A DNA stretch of 64,000 nucleotides from the NCBI GenBank assembly GCA_964016885.1, contig OZ024750.1, positions 13,454,001-13,518,000 of the forward strand. Direction: 5' to 3'. The first letter of the stretch is position 1. Each line of letters begins with the position of its first letter. The notes beneath the pieces were generated by a model, which saw only the letters and a list, made by a program, of their open reading frames with translations, did no database searches and was not told the DNA's origin. Shown here one piece after another: positions 23,101 through 35,919 of this stretch. The DNA comes from Eledone cirrhosa. Taxonomy: Eukaryota. The translations under genes and the position numbers were made by a program.

Positions 23101-26100
23101 TAAATCTATGTTCTTGCAGAAGTCCACAGATTATATTGAAAGTGGTTGGTGCTAGAGAAGACATTCAGCTTCATCAATTATACATGCTTTCATATTCAAC
23201 AGCTTACTATATGCTCTTCATAGATTTTTTTTTAGTTAAAGTAACAATGTAATATCCATACAGCGGTAGTTATTTAACTTCCAATGCTGTTGATCAATTT
23301 TGAAAGTTTCTTATTATGTATGTAAGATTAAATAAATGGGGTTGAGAGGATCCAACAACCTCTCTAGTGCTGGTGCCACAAAAATGTACCCAGTACACCC
23401 TGGTGATAGGAATAGCATCCAGCTGTAGAAACTATGCCATAAAAAGGATAAGAGGGCTCTTCAGTTGTGTTGGTGACATGATAAATGCACCCAATAAAGT
23501 GGTTGTTTTCAAGAAGGGTGTCCAGCCATAGAAAACTTCCCAAAGTTTTGTCATAGACTTGATGACCTCCCTATTATTGGTACGATAATAAATGCACCCA
23601 GTGCACTCTGAAGTATGCAGGAACATATGTAAGAGATATGCTGCCCCTGGCCTATCTGAGAAATCAATGGCTCTGATTAAGTACTGACTCAGTTTGAGAC
23701 AACCCCGTCCAACCTTTGCTAGCAGGGAAAATAGATATTTATTTAAGATGGTGATGATGTTAATGTCCTATGAATATTAGTGGACCAGATTTCCTACAAT
23801 TATTTTACAGTGAAATGGCAGGTGGATTGGCAGTATCGGTAGAGGGTCGGACGTCATGCTTTCCAGCATAGTTACGTCCCTTTACGATCTGAGTTCAAAT
23901 CCAGCCGAGGTTAACTTTGCCTTTCATCCTTACGGGGTCGATAAAATAAAGTACCAGTAATGCACTGGGTAATTTCTGGCCTTGTGCTAATAGTAGAAAC
24001 AATTATTTTACAGTGAAATAAAACTTTACTATCAATTTACACCTTATTAAAAATGTTGCTTACTAATTTTGTTTTATATTTGTCTAATAGTATAATGGAA
24101 AATTTTTATTGGAAATGAATATTTTGTTAGATATATTTTTATTACTTATTATGGTTGATATTTGTGGTAGATGAGACCAAATCGACTGTTAGTGATACAT
24201 GGAGTACCGATGTACTGGCTAGTGATTCTGAAGGGCCAGACCAAAACCAACTAGAGCGCTTAGAAGAGGTTACAGAAGAAATGATTAGACAAAATCTACT
24301 TGGAGTTGCTGAGGTGAGTGCTATCTTTGTTATGTATGTATGTGCATACATGGTCCTGTAACTCCCGAGGAAGTCGCTGGGGCACTGTATTGACATTCAG
24401 CGTTTTTAGGGCATTTTAAAACCTGGCTGAGCCCATCCATCTCCAGATCTGAATATAGCAGATTTCTTCCCGAGAAGTATAGGGAGAGTGAGAGGAAAAA
24501 AGTGAGAAAGAGATATAGAGAAAGAATCGACCCCAGTACTTGACTGGTACTTTTCTTATCTACCTGGAATGGATGAATGGCAAAGTTGACCTCTGCGCCA
24601 TTTGAACTCGGAGATCAGACAGCTGAAACGAATACCACAAAGTATTCTGTCTGACATTCTAATGACTTTGACAATTCGCCTGCTTTATGTATGGACCCAT
24701 AACTCCTTATAATCATAGGCACGCCATTGTGACATGGGCACGTTAAACCTGGCAAAACCCATTCTCTCTTTAGATGATTTCTTCCAGGGGAGGAGAGAAC
24801 GTGAGAGAGGAAGAAACAACCCCAACACTGAACTGCTACATTTGGGGGGTGGGGGTGGCAGGATTTGAACTCAGAGAGTATAGAGAGCCAGATCAACTAC
24901 CATAGATTATTTTATCCAACATTTTAATGTCTTCACCAGTTCACTACACTTTCTTTGTTAAATGATTTTTATAAACTCACATTTTTTGTTCTCATTGATA
25001 TTTTTGCAATTTCTTTTTTTTACTATAACATAATTTATCCTGTTAAAGTCTCTACCAATTAATTTTTATGTTCTAGCCTGTGTCTGAAGTCTCTGAAACA
25101 GCAAGTGATGCCTGGAGTACAGATGTTTTGGCTAGTGATACTGAAGAAAAGCAAGCTGAGTTGATTCAAGAAATAGAACAGGTAAACAAAGTTATATTTA
25201 TTATTGTTTTCATAGTTTTTCTAATTATGTTGGCTTATTTTTACACAATTTCTCTCCGCTTTGAAGTTAAGGGTTGAAACACTCACATTAGGGGCTAGTA
25301 TTTCTTCTCTGAAAACTTTCTGCTGTCCAGCTCTCCTGAGAGTTTCTTCTTTGAAGACCTACTGCTGTCCAGCTGTCCTGAGAGTTTCTTACAATATAAT
25401 ATAAATAAATCCTTTTTTATGTTACTAACTCACATAAGTTGGCAAACATTTTCTGACGTTATTACTATATATAAACACTTTCATTACCATATTTCTAATA
25501 AAATCATTTTGAAAATAAAGAATTTGGAGGGATTTGGTAACATAACATAACTTTCTCATTATGAAGCTAGTGTTTGGACCATAACATGACATAAATGTTC
25601 TTACATAGAATTATGATGGAAGGTCTATAAAACAAGCAGTTTTATATCATAGAACCAGAAATAGTTTTAGGGTCTTTTTTTAGGGTGTAGTTTGAATGAA
25701 ATTTGGTTGCTATTTCTAACAGGTTGAGCGACTTCATAAATGTTGCCTAATACTGTAATTTTCAACTATTTTTTAGAATTTTATATTAAAAACAACAAAT
25801 TCAACAAATATTTGATTATTTTATTTTACTTAAATACAATCTGCTAAGTATTTGTTTTATGTATTATATTAAATACATGTTCATATTAAAGAAGACATAT
25901 TTGTAATTAGATTAATCTAGATTTGAAGTTTTAGTCATGATAAAAGTGCTTAAGTACATTTCTTGTTTTATCTTTAAATTGGGTAATTAATTCCTAATTA
26001 GATTTTATTTGATAGAGTTCGTTTGAGTTAAGACAACATAAGGGAGGTAATATTGCAAATTTATCCAGTTCAGATTTCTAATGTTATTAATGGATGGTTA

Positions 26101-29100
26101 ATGTTACCACATCTAACTTGTTCTACCACTCCAGTCATCTGAAATTATCTGGGTTATTTCCTCCCCATTACAAAAGGTCAACCATATTAAGTGGCCATAC
26201 TATTAAATTTACTAGTTCAAATATATATATTTTTTTTAACTTCATTATATTTTTTTACATCTTCATCTTTTTAATCATTCCTCACTCTATAATATCTTTC
26301 TTTTCTGTATTTATACTAATATTTTATTAAATTTATTTCATTGTTTTATGCTTAATTTTCTTTTTACTTTCTCATCAATAAGGTTATTTGTTTTTCAGTT
26401 ATACTAATAAGTTTTTTCCTCTTTTCCTTGGTTCTTTAAAATGTATCAGTATCTTTTGTAAAATATATCAGTATCTTTTGTATGTTTTAGTTTCTTTATT
26501 CCTTTTACTTAAGTTTTTGGGGGAGTTTTTTAATTAAATTATGCTTCAGAGTTTTTTTTGTTTTGAAAGAATAAATCTTTGAATTAGAACATAGGATTAT
26601 GTTTTTACATTTGTCAAATTATAAAAGAAGACTGGATCAAAAAGAACTTTAGCTAACTGACAAGAATTAATATCCAGAGTATAAAATTAGTGTATACTTA
26701 CAGCTCAACTTCTTACACTTCACTGTTACAACTCATTATCCTTTAGGGATTTCTCTGTTTAAATTTTTCTTTTGAAATGTAATTTATCTTAAAATGAATT
26801 TTGTTGCAGCAAAGAAAACCATATCCATTTTATGGGAGTTCATTCAAAGTTTCCAAATTATTTCATGATTTGCTTCCACATGACTAAACCAACACAAGCT
26901 AATATTTTAACCTATTCCCACCTATCCTAGCTTTCTATTCCTTCCTTGAGTAGATACATTTCTTCTTAACCTAGGATGATATGAACACTGTTACCGATAG
27001 GTCCCTTAATCAAGATGAACTTGAATCTTCCTGTACACTGGACAGGAATGAACAAACACCATTAGCCTCAGGTAATTACACTTTGATTATTTTATTATTG
27101 TTAAATTTTGGGGTGACTCCTTTTCTCTCTTTTGCCTATTTTTTTCTTTTACAATTACTCCATTGAAGAAACTTGTCTTTTCATTTTTCATCACTAGATA
27201 TAACAAGTGGGTAAAACAGAAAAGTACCAAAATAGTTAACTAGATTTATCATTGAATGTATAGTCACAATGGTGAAATGTGTTCTCAGAATGCTGACCCT
27301 CACAGAGGAGATGATGAAAAAATGCAGCAGCTGGTGGTGGAAAATTGTGATAGAGAATATCTGGAAAGGCAGATGTGAAAATTATAATAATGTTGATGAT
27401 GATGATGATTTTTATTTACTTTGAAAAGGACCATGATGAGGATATAGAGCTGTGTTATGGTTAGGGCTAGGGTTGTGTGGTTTCAGGTTTACTCCCACAA
27501 GTATAACAATGAGGCCTCTCAACAACTGTTTATTTTGGACATCTTCACTGTTTCCAAAACTGTCACAGTGTAGAACAAACTAGCTTTTAACACTGAAGGT
27601 TATATGGACAAGATGAAAGGCAAATAACTGGATAAGAGATATTGGAGACAGGGAACTAAGAAAACAGTTGGAGAATAAATAGTATATATATATATATATA
27701 TATTCGTAAAATATGCTGATGATGATATATATATGTGTATATATATATATAGAGAGAGAGAGAGAAAGAGGAGTATCCAGTCATTACAACAATCATTCTT
27801 TGAAAGAATAATGATAAACATTTAGTGGTATATGCCATACAAGGTATGGATTGGTATCAGGAAGGGCATCAGCCATAGAAAACTTGCCAGAACAGAGATT
27901 TCTTCCAACACATCAAGCATTGAAAGACATTAAAACAATATGTAGACATTTAAAGAATATTTACTTTCAATTTTTATATAGTAAATTTGGTAAATTTGTG
28001 ATAGAGGCCAATTAGATCTTTATAATAGTAATATGGAGTTATTAAAATTAACTACTCAGGTGCAGAAACAGTTGACTACTGTATATACTTGAATATAAGC
28101 TAACCCCACTATTTTATATCATACCTGAGAAATAGGCAAAAATCCAAACCTTATTTATGTAGAATTTGAAGTTGGTGAAAATCATCAAAATATTCACCAG
28201 CTTCAAATTTTATGTTAATAAGTTTTGGATTTTTGCCCATTTCTCAGGCATAAAATAGCGGGTTCGCAAAAATCATTAAAATATTAACCCCAAATATAAG
28301 CCGACCCACTTCTACTATCAATTTTTTGGTCACATATTCCTCAGCTTATATTCAAATATATACTATATTTGCATGACTATCTATTTAGTTGACTGTCTTA
28401 TTATATTAGATTGATAGATAATATTTACTGAAATGGAGATTGTGTTTTTTTGAATATTTTAAACATTTTATTTCTGTTGTCTTCTCAAGGTCGAGAAAGT
28501 CCAGATGAAGAAAGAGAATTAGAAGGTCTTGGTGCTGTTGGTGGCATTTCAAACCACCGACACAGGCGACCCCATGGGAATGACAGAGTTACATTCAAAG
28601 CAAGTAAAAGTGCAGATTATTTAAAGAAATCACCGACAAGTAAAAATCAAGTAGCATCAGGCATGGCTGATATTGGTTCCGATGATAATCCTGATGGCTT
28701 TAAACTGTTGAATGTGCCAAGACAACGCATTTCAGCCACGTTTAAACAAGCCCAAGGAAAGGTTACTGCTATGCTTTCAGCATTGGATCATCATTCTAAA
28801 TCAAGATTCATACATCCTTTTCAAGAGAATACATTTAAGAATTTTCCTGCTTATGACCCGAATCCATTAAAGCCAGTTTCTCAGTCAACCATGACTACTG
28901 ATATATCTGATTTGGGTTTTAACAGTCCTGGGGAAGAGGAGCACAGTTGTAGAAACAGCAATAATATTTTAGAGAGTTTATCTACCTCTAAAGATTCTGG
29001 TATCATGGAATCTCCACAGAGTGAACTCAACAAAATAAACGAATATGTGAGTCCTTTGCCTGTTAGAGGAGCAACATCAGCTTCAATCCCAACATGTGAA

Positions 29101-32100
29101 GTTGATTTGAGGTTATCAGAACAACAAAATTCCAGACTAAACGAACAAAGATTATCTGCTGCTTTGCGTGTATTTGATCCCCTTGTAGGAAGCAACAGTA
29201 ATCAAGAAGACAGTGGTGGTAGTAGCAGTAGCAGCACTGGGGCAATACCCCCCAGTTTTAATGCTGAAGCAGCTGGAACCTCTTTAGCAGAATCTTCAGC
29301 TGCTAATTGGAGTTCTCAGTTGATTGATGAAGTGTTCTCTCCAGTTGAGAGTATGCAACAGGCATCAAGCCGCGATGGCAGTGCTGAGCCAGCTACTGTT
29401 CTTACATCAAATCATACTCAATCAAACAAGAGAGTAGATATTGCTACACCTTTTCCTTTAAGAGGTTCTCATAATTTCTCAACGAAAAATCCACTGGACA
29501 TAGATCAGGTAAATTTTTCACTTTTACCTCTATTTTAAGGGAACATACTTTAAATTCTAGTATTCAGAGTTTTGTACACTGCCTGCCATATATACCCTTT
29601 AAACATTTTCCCAAAAGACACTAAAAGGACTTTCTGTTCATTTTGCTTTAAGGCAAAGTTCAGAGCTAATCTATTTTATTAGCATTGTTATTACTGAACA
29701 AATCCCACCGCGGTTAGCTTTGCCTTTACAAAGTCGATAAAATAAAGTACCAGTAATACACTGGGGGTCAATTTCATCGACTTTCAAATTGCTGGCCTTG
29801 TGCTCTGAATCAGAAACAATTATTATTACTGAGATTTTCATTTCTCGTGACAAATGTTAAAATCTTAGTTAACTACATAAATACTAGTTTATCACCTGAT
29901 AGTTAGAAAATGGTTTATTAAATTATATATCCTTAATTCAGAATATTTAATTTTTTATTACAATTTTTTATCATTTGGAATTTTATAATTAATTTTTGGC
30001 TTTGCAAATCCTTATTTTTTTTTGTATGTCATGCTATTGAATGAATCACAAACTAGCTTTATCTGTTTTCTCATGGAAATGGTAATCATATATCATTATC
30101 ATTGCTTGGTAGAATTGGAAAAGGGATTTTTACCTCTCCTCTCATTCTTTTTTTCATTGTTAACAGTAATATTTCAAGTTTCACCTATTTCAATTGAATC
30201 TCTCTTTTTCTCTTACATGTTTCATATTCATCTCCTATCTCCCTCTCACACACACTCTCTCTCTCCTCTAGATATTCTATTATCTCACTCCTCATTTCAT
30301 TAACCATTCAATAATTCACATCTTTTATATCCCACATATTAAATTCTTTTTCTTTTTTCTTTTTACTCTCAGCAGAAATGAACTTTTTACAACTTCTAAT
30401 GATTTCTTCTAATGATTCCTTCTTATAGTGTTATACCAGAACTTATTTAACCCTTTAGCATTTAAACCAGAATTCTCTCACTTCTTTCTGTTCAAACTGG
30501 CTGTAGCCGGCCATTCATACTGATGTTATGGTATTGTTCTCAAAATAAATAATATCAGAATCTCATATATTTGATATTATGTAAGGTAAAACCTTTACCA
30601 TGAAAATATAATATTAAATATAGAGTAGTGTGAATGCTAATGGGTTAAGTGTTTTATTAGTTTTTCTTTTCTAACATTAGCTATGTAGCTGCTTAGTAAG
30701 TTATAATGGTGGTTATGATTTTACTGTTTATCTGTTGGTCATCTTACAAATAATTCTTATTCCTTGCTATTAATGGTCTACCTCTTTAATATAGTTATCC
30801 TCACTCATTCATGTTGCTTCTAATCTAACGTTTTGCTTTCCTCTAACTTCCTTTTCAGTTTTTTTCTAAGTTCTTTTCATCATCATCATTATCATTTTTA
30901 CTTCAATTTTTTTACTTTTTATGCTGGAATGAGTTAGAGAAGAATTTTTGAGGCAAAATTTTACAGTTGGATGCCTTTCCTTTATACTAAGTAATATTAG
31001 ATACCCCCCTCTCCAACACATTTACATTCTTTTTCATTTCATTCAACATTTTACATTCTATTCTTCAGTTGCGTATATATTGTTTTTTGTTTTGTTTTAC
31101 AATCAAATATTTGTTATTATTATTACTGTGGCTTCTTGTTTCTGCTTTCAGGATGTCTTTTCTTCCTTTTTCTTTTTTTAATTTTAGCATATTTTAAAAT
31201 TGTTCTCTCTTAGATCTCAGCATAGTTATCATTATCTTTTCTTGTCAAGAAATATCAATTTAACCCTTTAGCATTTAGACCAGCCATATCCGGCTAGAAT
31301 TTTCTTACCTTTTTTCTGTTCAAACTGGCCATAACCAGCCACTCATACTGATGTTAAGGTATTGTTCTCAAAATAATATAGTATCAAAATCTCATAGATT
31401 CGATATTATGTGAGATATTATGTTAGGGTAAGCCTTTACCGTGAAAATTCAATAGTAAATATAGAATAATGTAAATGCTAAAGGGTTAAACTTTTATGTT
31501 TAAGTACCTTCATTGAAATTGTGGCTCAGAACATGTGTAGTTAATGCCAAATATCTTGTACAGTATCCCTAAATGTTTCATTGAATGTTTGCTTAAATAT
31601 TTTCTTTTGCATGTACTTTCAGTTCTTGGAAGCAAGTTTAAGGAACACTTATAAAAAGATAATTTATCAAAGCTACATATTTAAAGACTTACTATAACAC
31701 TTTAAATAAATAGATTGGCATTAAGTATAAGAATATTTCCTTTATAACTAGAAATGATTAAGTTCTATTTGCTTAAGTTAGAAACTTGGACCAGATGTAA
31801 CTTTAACTATATATCACATTTTAACCTAACACTCATTGTTTATTTACAACACAGATCAACTCAATCATTTCCTCTGCACATAGTGCTTTTAATGCTTCTT
31901 TCAATTCTTCTCCATTTTCATGCAAATGACTCGCGAACATTGAGCATTACACTTTTATCAAGTATGTCCTAATGTCTGCTATTTGTTGGATAAAACATTA
32001 ACCACTCATTCAGCTTCTTCCACCCTTTTCTTACTCTATTGTGCTCTCACTGTACGACAACCACCTCTAACACTAATAAGGTGATATGGATAGCAAAAAC

Positions 32101-33451
32101 TGTCAATGATATCTAGTCAGTGGTCTGCATTGTTCATATAATTCAACTATTCCAGTACATCTAATATATTTGAAATATGGTTCCAAATCAATTTACCAGA
32201 TGTTCCATACTATCTTTTGTGTATTCATTGAAGTCTTTTGAAGTCATTAGAGCAAGCGTCCAACTGTGTTGGACTGTACCTCAACGAATCCAAGACTGAG
32301 TATGTGAACAGATGCGCAAACAGCCCAAACTACCCCATCAGAACCCTTAATGGTACCACCCTTAAGCAGGTGGAAGATTACAAGTATCTTGGCTCATATA
32401 TCTCCTCCTTCAAAAAAGATTTTCTAACCAGGAAGGGTATGGCATGGTCAGCGTGCAATGACATGCACGCCATATGAACATCTCAACTTACCAACAAGCT
32501 AAAACTGGAAATATTCCAAGCAACCATTAAGCCCATATTACTTTATGGATCCGAAACTTGGACACTAACATCACAACTTGAGAGGAGATTGGATGGCACA
32601 TATACCCGCCTCTTAATGAGAGTGCAAAACCTATCCTGGAAACGACATCCCACCTTGTCTAAAATCTGTGGCAAACTCCCTCGAGCCTCTGCCCTTCTAA
32701 AATCCCGGAGAGCTCAATTTGCTGGCCACTGTCACCATGCCAGCAATGAAATCATATCCGCTCTCTTGCTCTGGAACCCTGACTCCAGCCTGACTAGGAG
32801 TAGGAAGCTGTCATTCCCTGATGTTATCTCTAGGGATACGGGAATCGGTAGACAGGACCTGGGGGACAGGGAATTCTGGGGCATGAGAGTGAGATCCATC
32901 ATCTCGACAGTAGTCGACGAATGATGATGATGATGATTCATTGAATACACTTCTACTATCATACATATTAAGCCAGGCCACTTTCCAGATAGAAATTGAA
33001 CTCTCTGCCAGTTTAATAGCACCCTTACACATGGCCTGTATTACTCCCACAAACCAATTGTTAATATCTGATTCCCATTGTAGTTATCACAATGTAGTCT
33101 GGTTTGTTCTAAGTTAAAAACTTCTCTTACAGTTGTCTCACTAGAAATATTACACCTTTAATTCTATAGCCAGGTGCACACACAAACTGCATCTTAATTA
33201 AGTTAACCTTATCTTGTATTAACTTTGCTGATTCTCAGCTGCTATCAACATTTAGACCATAAGCTTGACACCCACCCTTTGTAACAGCCTGCTCTAATCC
33301 TGTTTAACGAATCATTGAGGATATCACCTCACTTAGTAATATGCAATGGAATACCTTTGATTATTTGTTTGCTAGTCAACCATGTCCCAATAATGCCAAT
33401 AAAATCACAGAATGTAGATAATGAAATCATTAGTTAAACAATCATTAACAA

Positions 33452-33514
<63 letters not shown>

Positions 33515-35869
33515 GGATTTATATAAGTATGGAGTGACCTATGTTACACATTTTGTATGTGTGTGTTTTAAGCTTTTTAATATATTTTTTGTTTCTTTAT
33601 TTTATTTTCATTTAAATGCTTACATGCTTTAAAATTTATGCATTTATTTATAATTTATGCATTTATTTTATAATTTTCTGTATATGTTTAAATGTTTTAG
33701 CTTATGTGAAAATTGTGGAGTATGCTTTAGAACCTTCTTAAAATATTGTATTATAAAAAAAAATGTGAGGCAGGTTAGATTTCGTAAAGCAAAGAAGTGC
33801 ATAAAAATTTACAGAAATGTATATTAGCCCCACTTTTTTTCTAGTCATATATTGTTTTATGAAGTATTTTACAATAGTTCCTGTTATAAACTTAGCATGT
33901 TGATTTTCTGAAAGGTGGGGGAAAACAAATATTATTTCTTTGTTTCTAGATATACACATATACTTAGTCACCTTATAATATATGCCTTTATTAAAGTATT
34001 TTCTGGAAAATATCTCTTTATATAAAGCCAGTTTAATTTGGTTATCTTTGGATTTATTGAAGGTTATGTCTGAGCTGTGTAGTGCTATATTGGTAAGATT
34101 TGTGTTAAAACTTATAATTCCTTCATCAATTAGAATTATTGTAGGCCAAAAGCATTCTTTTGTAGCTTCTTGCTTCAGTGTTTGTTTGCATGACACTCCA
34201 CCGATGTCTTAGCTGCTTTGATTGTTTAGGTTGTATTAAATTATTTCTTTTTTATAGTCAAAGACTGTGTTTTAGAAATATGCCTTAAGAATTTGGTGTA
34301 ATATTGCATCCATTTAAGTGTAAGGGGGGCTACAGATGAAGAATATGGGGGTGGGGCTACAGATGAAGAATATGGGGGGAGCTACAGATGAAGATGATAT
34401 TGAGCTGGATCTTAAGAATGGCTTGAATATAATACAGATGAAGAATATGGGGGTGGGGGCTACAGATGAAGGCTATAGTGAGGGCTACAGATGAATATTA
34501 AGGGGGAGTTGCAGCTGAAGAATGGGGAGGGGGGTACCAATGAAGACTATAGGGGAGCTACAGATGAAGACTATAGAGGGGCTACAGATGAAGATGATAT
34601 TGGGCTGCATCTCATGAATGGCTTCAAGGTGAAAAATGAGATGTGCAGGGAACATTTTTGGAAACTAAGTGGCATGCTAATAATAAAGGGAGTTTCACTG
34701 AAACTGAAGGGAAAGGTGTGTGCTGCATGTTTAAGAATGAGACATGGGTGGAGGCTGGAAAGAATAGAAATGGAAATGGTTTAGTGAATGAGAGGAGTAT
34801 CCCTAAGAGAGAGGAAAACAATGCTTTGCCGGGGATGATGAAAATAGAACCAGTGATGGATGTTGTGAAGATGAAATGAGATGGCTGGATCATGTGTTGA
34901 GGAAAGATGAAAATGACTGGTTCAGCAGAATGATGGGAATAATGGAAAAAGGTAGAGAAAAGGAAAGACAGTTAAAAATGATAGCCGAAGAAATAAAAAC
35001 CAAGAGGGAGGTGATTTGTTGGGGATGCAGATGATAGGGCAAAATGGAGAAGCTCGTTATGGGGCCTTCAAAGCTAACCTCTTCTTTAGCAGGGAAAATG
35101 GTTATAAAATGCTTGTTGTTTATATATAAAATGAGTTTCAAATTTTTTCCTCATAAACTTCAATGCATTTAATTTATATATTCTTTGCTATGTAATTATC
35201 TGGTTTAAATTTTAAATTGTTTTTAGTGTATTTTAGTAATTGATTAAAGTAATTGGTAATATGTCTAGAATGTTAGCTGTATCTTCATGTAGTTAATTTA
35301 CTCCAAGCTTTTGTACTGATATTGCTATCATACTGCTTATGTTTGAAGTTCTCACAAGAAAGTTCCCTTTTTCTTTTTTAAATATAATAATGTTATGTTA
35401 GTTCATAAAAGATTGTTTTTATCATAGCTGTAAAATATGTAAAGAATGTCTTTAAATTGGTAATACAGCTTTTGTAAGCTTGGTTAGTTGTGATTCTCAC
35501 TACATAATTGTTACCTTTGTTTATCCATACACGCATTTATGTTATCTTACAAAATTCATTATAAATATTTACAAAGTTGAATAAATTGTATTATTTATTG
35601 AACAATGGCGGTGGATTAGCGGTAGAGCGTTGGACAACATGCTTTGTGGCATAGTGTTACGGCCCTTTATATTCTGAGTTCAAATCCCAAGGTTAGCTTT
35701 GCCTTTCAACCTTACAGGGTCGATAAAATAAAGTACCAGTAACAAAATAGGGTCGATTTAATCGACTTTCCCCTCCCTCAAAATTGTGCCTAAATCAGAA
35801 ATCATTAATTACTCAACTAAATTTCTTGTCTGAAAGAAAACCTACTAGCAATTTTCAAATGGGTCATTA

Positions 35870-35919
<50 letters not shown>

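Noticed and set aside
23817-23910. tRNA gene-like A/B boxes (also 13411, 35605, 63720-63808)
   Set aside because: These are SINE heads, followed by SINE body and TSDs, with no clean cloverleaf.
24171-25181. Two adjacent exons with near-identical WSTDVLASD motifs (novel exon duplication or mutually exclusive exons?)
   Set aside because: Vertebrate GAPVD1 also has two such motifs, and the phases (1-0 and 0-0) require the first exon, so they are not mutually exclusive.
33738-34196. 152-aa minus-strand ORF in a GAPVD1 intron
   Set aside because: Non-ATG start, AT-rich intron-like composition and no recognisable motif.
34491-34893. ORFs over the G-rich repeat
   Set aside because: Composite of a tandem repeat and a decayed RTE fragment.
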